A stretch of 64,000 bases of DNA from Spirochaetota bacterium (GTDB lineage Bacteria; Spirochaetota; UBA6919; CBDBPB01): the NCBI GenBank assembly GCA_965208615.1, contig CBDBPB010000001.1:256001-320000 (forward strand), given 5' to 3'. Below, in pieces: positions 40,855 to 50,856 of this stretch (positions are counted from its first letter, which is position 1; every line of letters starts with the position of its first letter). The notes under the pieces were generated by a model. It ran no database searches, had not been told where the DNA came from, and saw only the letters and a list, made by a program, of their open reading frames with translations. A program made the position numbers and the translations under genes.

Positions 40855-42039
40855 CTACAAAACTAAAGAGGGCTCTATAACTCCTTCTAGCCGATCTAAT
40901 CCAAGTTCTATTCTCTTATTCAATGGGGATAGCTTTAATCCTGCAATAATAATATAGGGGTTTAGGCTAAAACTATCCCTAAAATATCTAATTTGATTAT
41001 CCGGTATCTTTACTGTAATTCTCTTCCAACCTCTAAAGTGTATTTCTGTTAATACTAACTCGAAATATCTTCTTTTACCGTCTTGGAATATGGCAGATAC
41101 TTCTTGTCCGCTATTATCCCCTTTGATCCACATGGATATCTGATGTCCTTTTTTTAGCCTTGACATAAAAGGAAAATGAATAAAAACTTCTCTATTTTTA
41201 TGAATAGAAATAGGTATATCTAAGGCTAAATACTGTTTATTGTTCTCCCACTGGTTATCATGGCTTTTTATTGTACTAATCTTTTGTTTAACAGCTTTAT
41301 TATTTATTATATAATCCCAGTTATTAGATTTATTATTTTCGAAGTCTGCAAAGCTTTCATAGGGCATATAATATTGATTAGCCGATGAGCGTAAATGACT
41401 ATATACCCTTATTGGACTAATTAAAACAGAAAACTCCTTAGGGGGATTATTTACTACCTTACTAATTCTTATTTTAGTAATCTTTATAGGCTTATTATTC
41501 TTATAATTAGTATTAGCGTATAGATTCATAAACCTTTTTTGCCACCTCTTATATGGTAGATTAACTACGCTTCTTTTTTTCACTCCACCGGGATACTCAA
41601 AATATATACCTATTTTTATATTTGGTGTATTAGTTAATGCCCAAAAGTCTATAGACCTTGCCCAATAGGGTAAAGTAAGACTATTTTTAGGTCTAATATT
41701 AACAAACATAAACTTAGATGCCTTAAAACCAGCCCTAAGATGATAAACCGGATCTTTATAATTAGTTCTAGTACTTGCTCTTGGATCAGCAAAAAAAAGT
41801 ATGCTATTTTTAATACCCGTTAACGAAGAGGGATTAATAGTAAGATTGGAGGGGTTAAAATATAGTGTTTTCTTTTTAAAGACTCTATCGGATATGCTAT
41901 TTAGCTTATGAGTTGAAGTATTAAAGTAAAACTTTTTAGTTACTACCCTTTTTTTAAACCTATATTTAATACCAATTTTATTAAATCCATTTGTAAAAGT
42001 TAGCAAAGCTAAAAATATAGATATTATCAGCCTAACCAT
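40855..42039 (-). CDS. Secreted FlaA-like / carbohydrate-binding-fold protein with two similar domains
   Basis: N-terminal signal; ISMWIKGD.SG..V.A.FQD.....F......I.FRGWKRI.V.IP resembles the FlaA domain; related repeat RSIDFW...Y.RWQK. Confidence 0.6.
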   Translation of the reverse strand: MVRLIISIFLALLTFTNGFNKIGIKYRFKKRVVTKKFYFNTSTHKLNSISDRVFKKKTLYFNPSNLTINPSSLTGIKNSILFFADPRASTRTNYKDPVYHLRAGFKASKFMFVNIRPKNSLTLPYWARSIDFWALTNTPNIKIGIYFEYPGGVKKRSVVNLPYKRWQKRFMNLYANTNYKNNKPIKITKIRISKVVNNPPKEFSVLISPIRVYSHLRSSANQYYMPYESFADFENNKSNNWDYIINNKAVKQKISTIKSHDNQWENNKQYLALDIPISIHKNREVFIHFPFMSRLKKGHQISMWIKGDNSGQEVSAIFQDGKRRYFELVLTEIHFRGWKRITVKIPDNQIRYFRDSFSLNPYIIIAGLKLSPLNKRIELGLDRLEGVIEPSLVL

Positions 42040-42721
42040 ACTTTCTTTCTCTAGTATGAGAGTTACCCTTATGCTTATCAATAAAAAGCTCGTCTATACG
42101 GATTTTATCAGCATAGGACTTATAAGATTTAGACTTTTCCTTTTTTTTGTACCAATTATTTTTATACCAATTGAATATTAAAACTGCTAATATTATTACT
42201 ATAGTAGAATAGGCAAATAGATGTTTATATATAGTTTGTATGTAGTCCTTTTTTGTATAAGCAATAAATAACGTATTCAAGCGTTTATCAGCTTTCTTAC
42301 TTATAGGTAGGTCTTTATGGTAAATTAGATAAGGATCTTTATCAAAGATATTTTGTTTAACCTTGCCACCTTTATGGAAAAGGTCTTCTAATAATATTTT
42401 AGGTAGATAATCACTATCTTTATAGCTTGCCATAGCTGGTTGAAATATACCATATTCAATCTTCCCAAGCTGATAAGAGCTAAATGTAGGTTCTTTATCC
42501 AAAAGTTCATTAAACGCCAACTCAATAACTAAGGCCTTATCTTTTATTTGTTCCGCTGTGAGAATAGTAATTATATCCTTAGCAGTATTTTCAGACTTTA
42601 GTAAAAGACTATTATGATAATCTTTTAGTCTATCCCTTTCTATAAAGATTCCAACAAAATAAGTCAATCCAAAGACTGCCAAAGCTAAAACCAAAAAGTG
42701 AGTTAAAAACTGTCTTTTCAT
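42032..42721 (-). CDS. Hypothetical 2-TM membrane protein
   Basis: N- and C-terminal TM helices flanking a soluble domain; overlaps the next gene. Confidence 0.65.
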   Translation of the reverse strand: MKRQFLTHFLVLALAVFGLTYFVGIFIERDRLKDYHNSLLLKSENTAKDIITILTAEQIKDKALVIELAFNELLDKEPTFSSYQLGKIEYGIFQPAMASYKDSDYLPKILLEDLFHKGGKVKQNIFDKDPYLIYHKDLPISKKADKRLNTLFIAYTKKDYIQTIYKHLFAYSTIVIILAVLIFNWYKNNWYKKKEKSKSYKSYADKIRIDELFIDKHKGNSHTRERKYG

Positions 42722-42740
42722 ATAAACCTACCCATTTAGG

Positions 42741-42767
42741 AGGTCGACTTATTAATAAAAAACTTTA
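42741..42767 (-). promoter_or_regulatory. Putative sigma28-like promoter
   Basis: Minus strand TAAA-N15-GTCGACCT, 20 nt upstream of the ATG at 42721. Confidence 0.4.
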
Positions 42768-42797
42768 CTATATTTTAAAACCGCCAAACACCAATAC

Positions 42798-43676
42798 TTA
42801 TATGCGGTAGTTTAACATCATAACCTTTAAATACTTATGAGAGACTCTTATTTTTATTGTATCCCCCCTTTTTAATTTATACTCTTTTATAGAGTCTATT
42901 TCAATAATACCCTCTTCCATAAGGGACTGGATTTCAAGTTCTTCATTATCTATGAACTCCCCATGCTTAATAGAATTACCAGTTCTGGTGCCAACATATA
43001 TTTCTCTTGATATAAACCTGCCAAACCTTGCATTACGATTAAAACTAATACCTCCAGCTGATGTAAACCATCCAGTAGATCCTGCCCCTGTAACAATTAG
43101 CAATCCACTAGACTTCTGCTCTTCTTCTTTACCCCTATATATAATACGATATCGGGATATTTTTGTACTATTATTTTTCCCTATATAAATAGTATCAATA
43201 GCGTTTCCTATAGGCTTATTATTTAAGTCTGCCTCTAGAGTTACCCATTTATCAACTATATAACTAGAGTTATGTATCTGCTTAACCATTTTATCTAGAT
43301 TAAAACGATTACAAGTGGATAAAGCTCCTTCACTTTTCAGGTTGTCAGAGCGTATATTAAGGATTAACTTATCAGAAAGCATATTATGATAAACATATTT
43401 AAAATGTTCATCGCCTCCAATGGATATAATTAAATCTTTATCTTTAGTAAGGCTAGTTGTTAGCTCATCGGTATAAATGAACTCAGCAGAGGGTATTAGC
43501 TCTTGAACAAAACTTATACACTTTATCTGTTCAATATGGCTTGCAATGATAAGGTCATATTTTATTCCTTCCATCGCATATTTATTTATTATCTCATTAA
43601 AATTTAGATTATACTGTCTTTTATCATATTCAATCTTGCTAAACTTGCAAACCGCCAATATGTTATTAAACTTCAT
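42798..43676 (-). CDS. NAD kinase-like protein, NADK2-type
   Basis: DLIISIGGD, N.RSD..KSEGAL, EEQKSSGLL..TG.GSTGW. Confidence 0.8.
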   Translation of the reverse strand: MKFNNILAVCKFSKIEYDKRQYNLNFNEIINKYAMEGIKYDLIIASHIEQIKCISFVQELIPSAEFIYTDELTTSLTKDKDLIISIGGDEHFKYVYHNMLSDKLILNIRSDNLKSEGALSTCNRFNLDKMVKQIHNSSYIVDKWVTLEADLNNKPIGNAIDTIYIGKNNSTKISRYRIIYRGKEEEQKSSGLLIVTGAGSTGWFTSAGGISFNRNARFGRFISREIYVGTRTGNSIKHGEFIDNEELEIQSLMEEGIIEIDSIKEYKLKRGDTIKIRVSHKYLKVMMLNYRI

Positions 43677-44353
43677 TTTTGAATAAGTTGGTTAAATAAC
43701 TCTTCTAATAATTTTTTATTCCCTTTTTTTGGTATTATGGTAAGTTTATTATTTTTTTTATCAAGCTTAAAGCTAAATACATCATTGGATTTCTTTACTA
43801 TATTGCTATCCATTTTATTTGATGATATAAAGCTAAATATTTTTTCATAGGTAGTATATGGTAAGGCATGAAACTCTTTAAAGCTTTTATAATAAAGTTC
43901 TTTAAACTTTTTAGTCAAGGCATCTTTTTTTAATTGATCCTTTTCTTTTTTTATAAGATTTAGTTTTGACTTTAAAAGCTTAACTTTTTTATATCCAAGT
44001 TTAATAATATCCTCTTCAGTAATTAAGTCTTGATTCTCTAACTGCATTTTAACAATGGCAATATAATCACTAATAGTGGATTGGTGTAGCTTGGGAACAA
44101 TTCGATTATTAACATAATCCCTCCAAAGAGGGTATAGTGGATCAGCCTTATAAAGCTTAAAACGTTTAATCTCAGCTAATGCCTTTCCTAAATAAAAAAA
44201 ACTCTTTTGAATGTTTAGTATACTTTCCTCAATAACCTTCTGACGCTCATTTAATAATATTGACTTTTGCCTTTCTGACAAAATAATCCTATGTTCCATA
44301 TCAAGACTAATATTAGGAAGATTATTTTTAGTAACAGGAACAAGTTGATTCAT
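43673..44353 (-). CDS. Putative ParZ / Borrelia PF49-like partition protein
   Basis: LGKAL.EIK..KLYK.D..Y..W.DYV......L.QSTI..YI.I pattern; ATGA overlap with the downstream gene. Confidence 0.5.
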   Translation of the reverse strand: MNQLVPVTKNNLPNISLDMEHRIILSERQKSILLNERQKVIEESILNIQKSFFYLGKALAEIKRFKLYKADPLYPLWRDYVNNRIVPKLHQSTISDYIAIVKMQLENQDLITEEDIIKLGYKKVKLLKSKLNLIKKEKDQLKKDALTKKFKELYYKSFKEFHALPYTTYEKIFSFISSNKMDSNIVKKSNDVFSFKLDKKNNKLTIIPKKGNKKLLEELFNQLIQK

Positions 44354-44542
44354 AATATCTTATAAGATAAACCGTTGTATTTAATATACTTAAATCGAAA
44401 ATAATAGCCTTGATATTATAACATAGCTTTTTAACGTTTATTAAAATAACATTATAATAATATATAATCGACAAAACTAACTAGTATTTTTATACCATAA
44501 CATAGCTTTTCTATATGTTATATAATCTAACTAGTTACTACT

Positions 44543-45058
44543 TTAACTTTTAACGCTCTCATCTTGTATAGGAGATGGACCATATTTGTTTTCACCTGGA
44601 TTACTAGGTAAAATACAAAAAACTATAATAGTAATACCAAGAATAAAAGCAATAAAAACAAGAATAAAAGCAATAAAAATAGGTGAAAGAATAATGTATA
44701 GTGCCCTATGATCAAGAGAATAATGCAAGGAGCCAAGTGCCCATAAAAACCCAATCAAATATGAACATAATGAAATTGGTAGAAATATAAGATAACTTAC
44801 TAGCCACCAACCACTATGGTTAGTATCATGGAGTCTACGGACAGTAACAGCTATACCTGGTATTAAAACAGCTAGTTGGTAAATACCATTAACTATTCCT
44901 ATCTGAAACCCAGTACTGTAACTACCAGTGAAATAGTCAATAGCTAAAAGCCATAAAAAGATTATCGTACTAAACAAAACAAAAAACCAATACTCCTTAC
45001 GCCTTGCTCTACCCTTAAAGACAGCATACTTTCTTAAAACTTCAATATACCAACTCAT
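44543..45058 (-). CDS. DUF805 family membrane protein
   Basis: WY..VL.KYAVF.GRARRKEYW.F, P.IAV.VRRLHD...SGWW, PG.N.YGP.P. Confidence 0.93.
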   Translation of the reverse strand: MSWYIEVLRKYAVFKGRARRKEYWFFVLFSTIIFLWLLAIDYFTGSYSTGFQIGIVNGIYQLAVLIPGIAVTVRRLHDTNHSGWWLVSYLIFLPISLCSYLIGFLWALGSLHYSLDHRALYIILSPIFIAFILVFIAFILGITIIVFCILPSNPGENKYGPSPIQDESVKS

Positions 45059-45532
45059 ATTTTCTCCTTTGATGGTTCGTTATTAACACTCTCATCTTGT
45101 ATAGGACATGGACCATATTTGTTTTCACCTGGATTACTAGGCGTTATAAGAAAAATTAAAATAGCAAAAAATATAATCAAAAATACAAAATACAAAATAC
45201 ATAATTAGAAGAAAGATCATAGACTTAGTCAAGAAACTTAATAACGCAAACACAGTAAATATATAAAAGCCTCCTATCCACCAACCAGTACGACCAACAT
45301 CATGGAGTCTACGAACAGTAACAGCTATACCTGGTATTAAAACAGCTAGAAGGTAAATACCATTAAGTATTCCTATCTCAAACTTAGTACTGTAAGTACC
45401 AATCAGTAAGTCAATAGCTAAAAGCACTAAAGAGATTATCATATTAAACAAAACAAAAAACCAAAACTCTTTACGCCTTGCTCTACCTTTAAAGACAGCG
45501 TACTTCTTTAAAACTTCAATATACCAATTCAT
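45055..45532 (-). pseudogene. DUF805 paralogue frameshifted by a 7-bp repeat expansion
   Basis: AAAATAC x3 at 45180-45200; with two units the frame continues to PSNPGENKYGPCP... and stops in an ATGA overlap with the next start. Confidence 0.85.
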
Positions 45533-45644
45533 ATTTTCTCCTTTTCTTACTAGCACAGTTTATTAGTATTATAACTTTTATTAAAAATAGCTATATTTAT
45601 ATAGGAGTCAAGAAAAAAAACAAATCAGAACAAAGTCTATAAGT

Positions 45645-47867
45645 TTATTCAGTATCAAGGTCAGCTTCTAAGAAGTCTTCAAAGTAGTCGTTCTGTAAAG
45701 CCCCACGAGGACATATATTAACACAGGTATAACATGTGGTACACTTAAGAGGATCAATAGTAAAAACCTCTCCATTACGTTTAATAGCACCCTGTGGACA
45801 ACCATATACGCACTTATCACAAAAAATACAGGTTCCGCAACTAATACACCTATCAACCTCACTATCCTCATCACCAAAGTAGGTTACGCTTATATTCCTC
45901 TTTGGGACAAGACTATTCTCTGGATAAATAAAGTCAGTCTTACTCAAAAAAGAATGTACCTCCATAGATGCAATCCGACCATCACCCACAGCATTGGTTA
46001 TAAGTCCAGGTTTAATTATATCCCCACAAGCGAATACCTTATTATTACTAGTCCTGAAAGACCTATCCCCAACAAGTACATAGCCCCGATCGTCCACCAT
46101 AACATGATTAGATATAAATGCCGTATCAGGTATCTCCCCAATACTAAATAATACAACATCAGCCTTAATAATAGAGCCATCCTCAAAGTATATCTCTTTA
46201 TCACTAAGACGTTCAACCTTCTTAGGCCATAAAATCTCAGTACCTAAGTTAGTAGCCATTTCTAACTCCTTACCAAATGCCAAAGGCTTTTGTATGTCAA
46301 TAGCACTAACCTTCTTAGCCCCCAGCCTCCATGACTCACAAGCAATATCCATACCAACATTACCAGCCCCTATAACCACAACATCCTTATCAGATAAATC
46401 CATTGCCTTGCCATTGTTAATATCTAGCAAAAACTCTAAACCAGGTATAATACGCTCACCCCCCTTATAAGGGATACGCTTAGGAGTATGTGCTCCACTA
46501 GCCACAATAATAGCATCACTCTTAGAGTAAACTTTCTTAAATAATTGTGCGTCAACAAAAGTGTTAAGCCTAAAAATAATGGGTAAAGACCTAAGCCTGT
46601 TTATATCCTTATCCAATACCTCATTAGAAAGCCTCTCCCTCGGGATAGCCTTCTTAAGCTTTCCCCCAATATCATCAACCCCATCATAAACCTCTACCTG
46701 ATAACCTCGCCTTATAAGCTGCCACGCCGCAGATAAACCAGCAGGTCCAGCACCTATTATAGAAATAAGCTCCTTACGCTTGTCCTTAGCCGTAAGAGGA
46801 GTAAAATCAGGATAATAAACCTTTGCTATCTCCTGTATTTCAACAGGACCGTCTAAGACATTACGACTACACTTATCCATACAAGGAGCAGGACAAACAT
46901 GACCACAAACCGACATCCTAAAAGGAGTAAACTCATCCATAAGTAATTGAGCATCCTCCAACTGCCCAGACCTTATCATGTGTATGTAAGTAGGAGTAGG
47001 TATACCAGTGGGACAACTAAACATACACGGTGGAGTCATGTTAAGATGTCTTGGCTTTTTATGCTTTATATTCATAGCAGACGTATAAAGCTTTGCAAAT
47101 GGCCTATGACCCATTTTAGTTATCTTAACAAAATCTCTATAGTCAATATCGGGCATATTAATATCAAGGTCTTTTGCGTATTCAGAAATAATGTTATTTA
47201 AAAACTCAATATCTGAGTTGTCCATATTGGCAATAAGAGCTCCCCCACCTAATAAATGCTCCTCAACATTACCCCTAATATAAATAACCCCACCATGAAT
47301 ACCAGTACCCACACTATGACCAACAGGAATAGGACTATCATTAAGATTTAATACAACAACCCGTCCCCCAGCCATATACTCCCCGCAATAGTCCTTAGCC
47401 GTACCCCCAATTACTAAAGTAGGTATCTGATCCATGTACTCCTTCATGTGAATACCAGCTCTATACTCAACATCACCCTTTATAAATACCTTACCACCAC
47501 GCATAGAGTGTCCAGGTATCTCACCAGCCTTACCATAGACTATAATCTTACCAGAGTTCATAGTATTAGCCACACCATCCTGAGCATTACCATATACAAT
47601 AAGCTCAAGACCATTCATAAATGCCCCTAAATCCTGACCCGCTACTCCGTATATGACTATCTTAGCGTCTGAGTTGATCCCACCACCAATATACCTTTGC
47701 CCCAATACGTTTTCTAATACTATATTTTTAGAGCCACTATTAATTTGACTCCTTATCATCCGATTCAACTGCCTATAATAAATACCCTTTGCATCTAAAA
47801 TAGATATATCTTTTTCCTCCTCCATAATAGACCTCTCCATTATATAAGCTGACTCCATCATAGACAA
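45645..47867 (-). CDS. Fusion of GXGXG (GltB3/GlxC) domain, GltD-like FAD/NAD(P)H oxidoreductase and C-terminal ferredoxin
   Basis: GQRYIG, GNAQDG..NTMN.G, GEYMAGG; PPC...CP, CG.VCP.PC..C.R; GAGPAGL; GAGNVGMD; C-terminal C..C..C...CP twice. Confidence 0.88.
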   Translation of the reverse strand: MSMMESAYIMERSIMEEEKDISILDAKGIYYRQLNRMIRSQINSGSKNIVLENVLGQRYIGGGINSDAKIVIYGVAGQDLGAFMNGLELIVYGNAQDGVANTMNSGKIIVYGKAGEIPGHSMRGGKVFIKGDVEYRAGIHMKEYMDQIPTLVIGGTAKDYCGEYMAGGRVVVLNLNDSPIPVGHSVGTGIHGGVIYIRGNVEEHLLGGGALIANMDNSDIEFLNNIISEYAKDLDINMPDIDYRDFVKITKMGHRPFAKLYTSAMNIKHKKPRHLNMTPPCMFSCPTGIPTPTYIHMIRSGQLEDAQLLMDEFTPFRMSVCGHVCPAPCMDKCSRNVLDGPVEIQEIAKVYYPDFTPLTAKDKRKELISIIGAGPAGLSAAWQLIRRGYQVEVYDGVDDIGGKLKKAIPRERLSNEVLDKDINRLRSLPIIFRLNTFVDAQLFKKVYSKSDAIIVASGAHTPKRIPYKGGERIIPGLEFLLDINNGKAMDLSDKDVVVIGAGNVGMDIACESWRLGAKKVSAIDIQKPLAFGKELEMATNLGTEILWPKKVERLSDKEIYFEDGSIIKADVVLFSIGEIPDTAFISNHVMVDDRGYVLVGDRSFRTSNNKVFACGDIIKPGLITNAVGDGRIASMEVHSFLSKTDFIYPENSLVPKRNISVTYFGDEDSEVDRCISCGTCIFCDKCVYGCPQGAIKRNGEVFTIDPLKCTTCYTCVNICPRGALQNDYFEDFLEADLDTE

Positions 47868-47985
47868 ATCCCCCTTGACATAACTATCGTATATTAAATA
47901 TAAGAAAAGCTAACTATATAAAGCAATCTTTATAAATACTAGAACATAACTTTTAATATTATATAAAATATATATTTAGTATATT

Positions 47986-48996
47986 TTATTTTCGTACTAT
48001 CCACAGTGACCTTGGTTCAGATCTTGGTTCATCATGAGGTACCTGTTTTAGGGTAGGACACTTTTCTGAAAGTTCCTTAAAGTAGTTATGTTTTAAGAAA
48101 TTTAATGCACCAATTATTTTATATTCTTTATTCATACCAAGGAATGCTTCAACAAGGTACTGTTCATTCCAAAAGGGATAGTGATGTTCTAATATCCAAT
48201 TATCGAGATAGTCTTTTGGTGTAAAAATATCATGTATATGAACATAAACTCCTTTTTTTAGCATTGGTAAGATTGTTAAATATATTAGTAAAACATCACC
48301 TTGGGCCCTTATTATATGTGAGGAGTCAATAAAAAGAATATCATTTTTCTCTAAAGTGTTAAATATTGAAGAATCAAGCTTTTCTAATCTTTCTCTAGTT
48401 ATTTTAATATCTAATTCTTCTAACCATGGCTTTTCATAAGGTTCTATACAAACTTGCTTACATTGATAGTTTGGATTCTCTTGTTTATTTTGTTTAATAG
48501 CCTCAAGCATTAGTAATGTTGAGTAACCACATCCTACCTCTATAATTTGTTTTGGCTTTAAGAAGCGAATGGTGTTATATAAATATTCAGAGTCTCCATA
48601 TTCAAAATGATAGTTATTATAATAAAAGAAGCTATATTCCTTTTGAGATTGAATAGAGTTTTTATCATTTTTATCCATAGGGATTTTTATTAATTCATCA
48701 TTATAGTTAAAGTTTTTAAGCATATTAAGTTGTTCTTTAACATTAAAATCTATCCAGGGTAATACTCTATCTTCTCGTAGTGATTTATATAAATGAGCTG
48801 GATTAAAAAGAGGCTCATAATAATGATCTTTTATTGGATAAATACCAACTTTTATAAATATCTTTTTAGCTATTTTCATATTAGCCACCCCTTTTATTCT
48901 AATAAACTTGAAAAGATAGCTACTAATAAAAACAAAAGGTGCAATTAATATATCAATAACAGGTAATGCTCTTTGAATTAATCCTAAATTAAACAT
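47986..48996 (-). CDS. Class I SAM-dependent methyltransferase (Methyltransf_24-like)
   Basis: IIEVGCGYST, CIEPY, DILFIDSSH....GDV, GV..HIHDIF.P.DY, WNEQYL.EAFL. Confidence 0.88.
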   Translation of the reverse strand: MFNLGLIQRALPVIDILIAPFVFISSYLFKFIRIKGVANMKIAKKIFIKVGIYPIKDHYYEPLFNPAHLYKSLREDRVLPWIDFNVKEQLNMLKNFNYNDELIKIPMDKNDKNSIQSQKEYSFFYYNNYHFEYGDSEYLYNTIRFLKPKQIIEVGCGYSTLLMLEAIKQNKQENPNYQCKQVCIEPYEKPWLEELDIKITRERLEKLDSSIFNTLEKNDILFIDSSHIIRAQGDVLLIYLTILPMLKKGVYVHIHDIFTPKDYLDNWILEHHYPFWNEQYLVEAFLGMNKEYKIIGALNFLKHNYFKELSEKCPTLKQVPHDEPRSEPRSLWIVRK

Positions 48997-49326
48997 ATCT
49001 ATTCTCCTTATATTATCATTCAGTTCAACCTACTTATTTATTGTATTTAATATTGGTGTACGCAACCTTATAATAAATATAGTAGTATTCTTTAGAAGGC
49101 TTATTGGTATTAATTTAATTAAATAGTATATTACTATTTAGAAGAAAAGATATTAAATACAAAAATAAAGTCAATTTGATTTTTACAATTATGTTTGTCA
49201 AAACATATTTACTATATATAACCTCCTTAACATAGCATTAAAAGTCATATTAAATTCTAAATGCTTACTCTATATAAGTCAACTTTTGAATAGTATACTT
49301 TTGATAATTCAATTATAACACTTAGC

Positions 49327-50847
49327 TCATGCACCAGCATGCTTTATCCCAAGAATACGTAGTTCTTCTTCGTTTAGATTAATACCCCTAATCCTATCCC
49401 TATTACCCCTTAGAGCCTCAATAGTGCTAATACCCATAGACCCCATAAGCTCTTTTATCTCTTCAGCCCAAGCATTAAGTAGATTCTTTAAAGCCTGAGC
49501 CCCCTCTTTAACATCAATACGGTCAACCAAAGACGGATTTGTAGTGGTAATACCATAAGCACACTTTCCAGTAAAACACCTCTGACAAACACCACATCCC
49601 AAAGCCAAAAGTACAGGAGTACCAATATATATAGCATCAGCCCCAAGACAAATAGCCTTAAGCACATCAGATGAACATTGCATACCACCAGAGGCAACAA
49701 GACTAACACTAGACCTAATACCCTCATCCCTAAGCCTCTGATCCGCAGATGCAATAGCTAATTCAATGGGAATACCAGTATTTTGGCGTATCTGTAATGG
49801 CGTTGCACCAGAACCAGCACGAAAACCATCAATAGCAATAATATCAGCCCCAGCCCTTGCTATCCCACTTGCAATAGGTGCCACATTATGAACAGCGGAT
49901 ATCTTTACTGAAACAGGTACCTTATAATCCACAGCCTCTTTAATGGCGTATATAAGCTGGCGTAAATCCTCTATGGAGTAAATATCATGATGAGGTGCGG
50001 GTGATAAAGCATCACTACCAACAGGTATCATCCGAGTCTCTGATATGGCTTTGGATACCTTTTCACCAGGTAAATGCCCTCCAATACCTGGTTTTGCTCC
50101 CTGACCTATCTTTATCTCCACAGCAGCAGCCGCTTTTAAATAATCCTCACTAACACCAAAACGTCCAGATGCTACCTGAACAATAGTATTAGCACCATAC
50201 TTCCTTAATGACTTATGAAATCCACCTTCGCCAGTATTCCAAAATGTACCAACCTCATGAGTAGCCCTTGCCTCAGACTCGTGTACATTAAGACTAACCG
50301 CTCCAAAGCTCATAGCACCAAACATAATAGGTATCTCCAACTTTAACTGCGGACCAATATCATCACCATACTTGCTGGGCTTTTTACCTAAATAAGTTCT
50401 AATCTCCATAGGCTCTCTAAGAGGATCAATAGAGGGGTTTGTAACCTGACAAGCATCAAACATTATATGATCAAAATATCGCCTTTGAGGACCAGTGGCA
50501 CCATTACCAACTAATAAAACTCCCCCAATATCACCAGCCTGCCTCCACAAATTGGCCACATGCTGAGGAGTCCAATATCCATGACTGGACGACATAGGCT
50601 CTATCTTAATATAAATAGCCTTCTCTGGACAAAACTTAACACATCTCTGACACGCCCCACATGCCTCATAATTAGCCCAAGGCTTATATAACACCTTATC
50701 ACCCTTCTTTATTGGCTTTAAGGATATCTCTCCAAAAGAGCACTCATGAGCACATAAATTACAACCATTCTCATAATCACACCTTTCTATATTAAACTCA
50801 GGGTGAAACGACGGAGTAACTCTCCAATTGTTTTTCATCTTCTCCAT
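49327..50847 (-). CDS. Glutamate synthase FMN subunit (archaeal-type GltB2/GlxD) with N-terminal ferredoxin
   Basis: QVTNPSIDPLREPME, AMSFGA.S, NTGEGG, QVASGRFGV, EIKIGQGAKPGIGGHLPGEK, SPAPHHDIYSIEDL, C..CQ.C.TG.C.YGI. Confidence 0.93.
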   Translation of the reverse strand: MEKMKNNWRVTPSFHPEFNIERCDYENGCNLCAHECSFGEISLKPIKKGDKVLYKPWANYEACGACQRCVKFCPEKAIYIKIEPMSSSHGYWTPQHVANLWRQAGDIGGVLLVGNGATGPQRRYFDHIMFDACQVTNPSIDPLREPMEIRTYLGKKPSKYGDDIGPQLKLEIPIMFGAMSFGAVSLNVHESEARATHEVGTFWNTGEGGFHKSLRKYGANTIVQVASGRFGVSEDYLKAAAAVEIKIGQGAKPGIGGHLPGEKVSKAISETRMIPVGSDALSPAPHHDIYSIEDLRQLIYAIKEAVDYKVPVSVKISAVHNVAPIASGIARAGADIIAIDGFRAGSGATPLQIRQNTGIPIELAIASADQRLRDEGIRSSVSLVASGGMQCSSDVLKAICLGADAIYIGTPVLLALGCGVCQRCFTGKCAYGITTTNPSLVDRIDVKEGAQALKNLLNAWAEEIKELMGSMGISTIEALRGNRDRIRGINLNEEELRILGIKHAGA

Positions 50848-50856
50848 TTATAGCTC

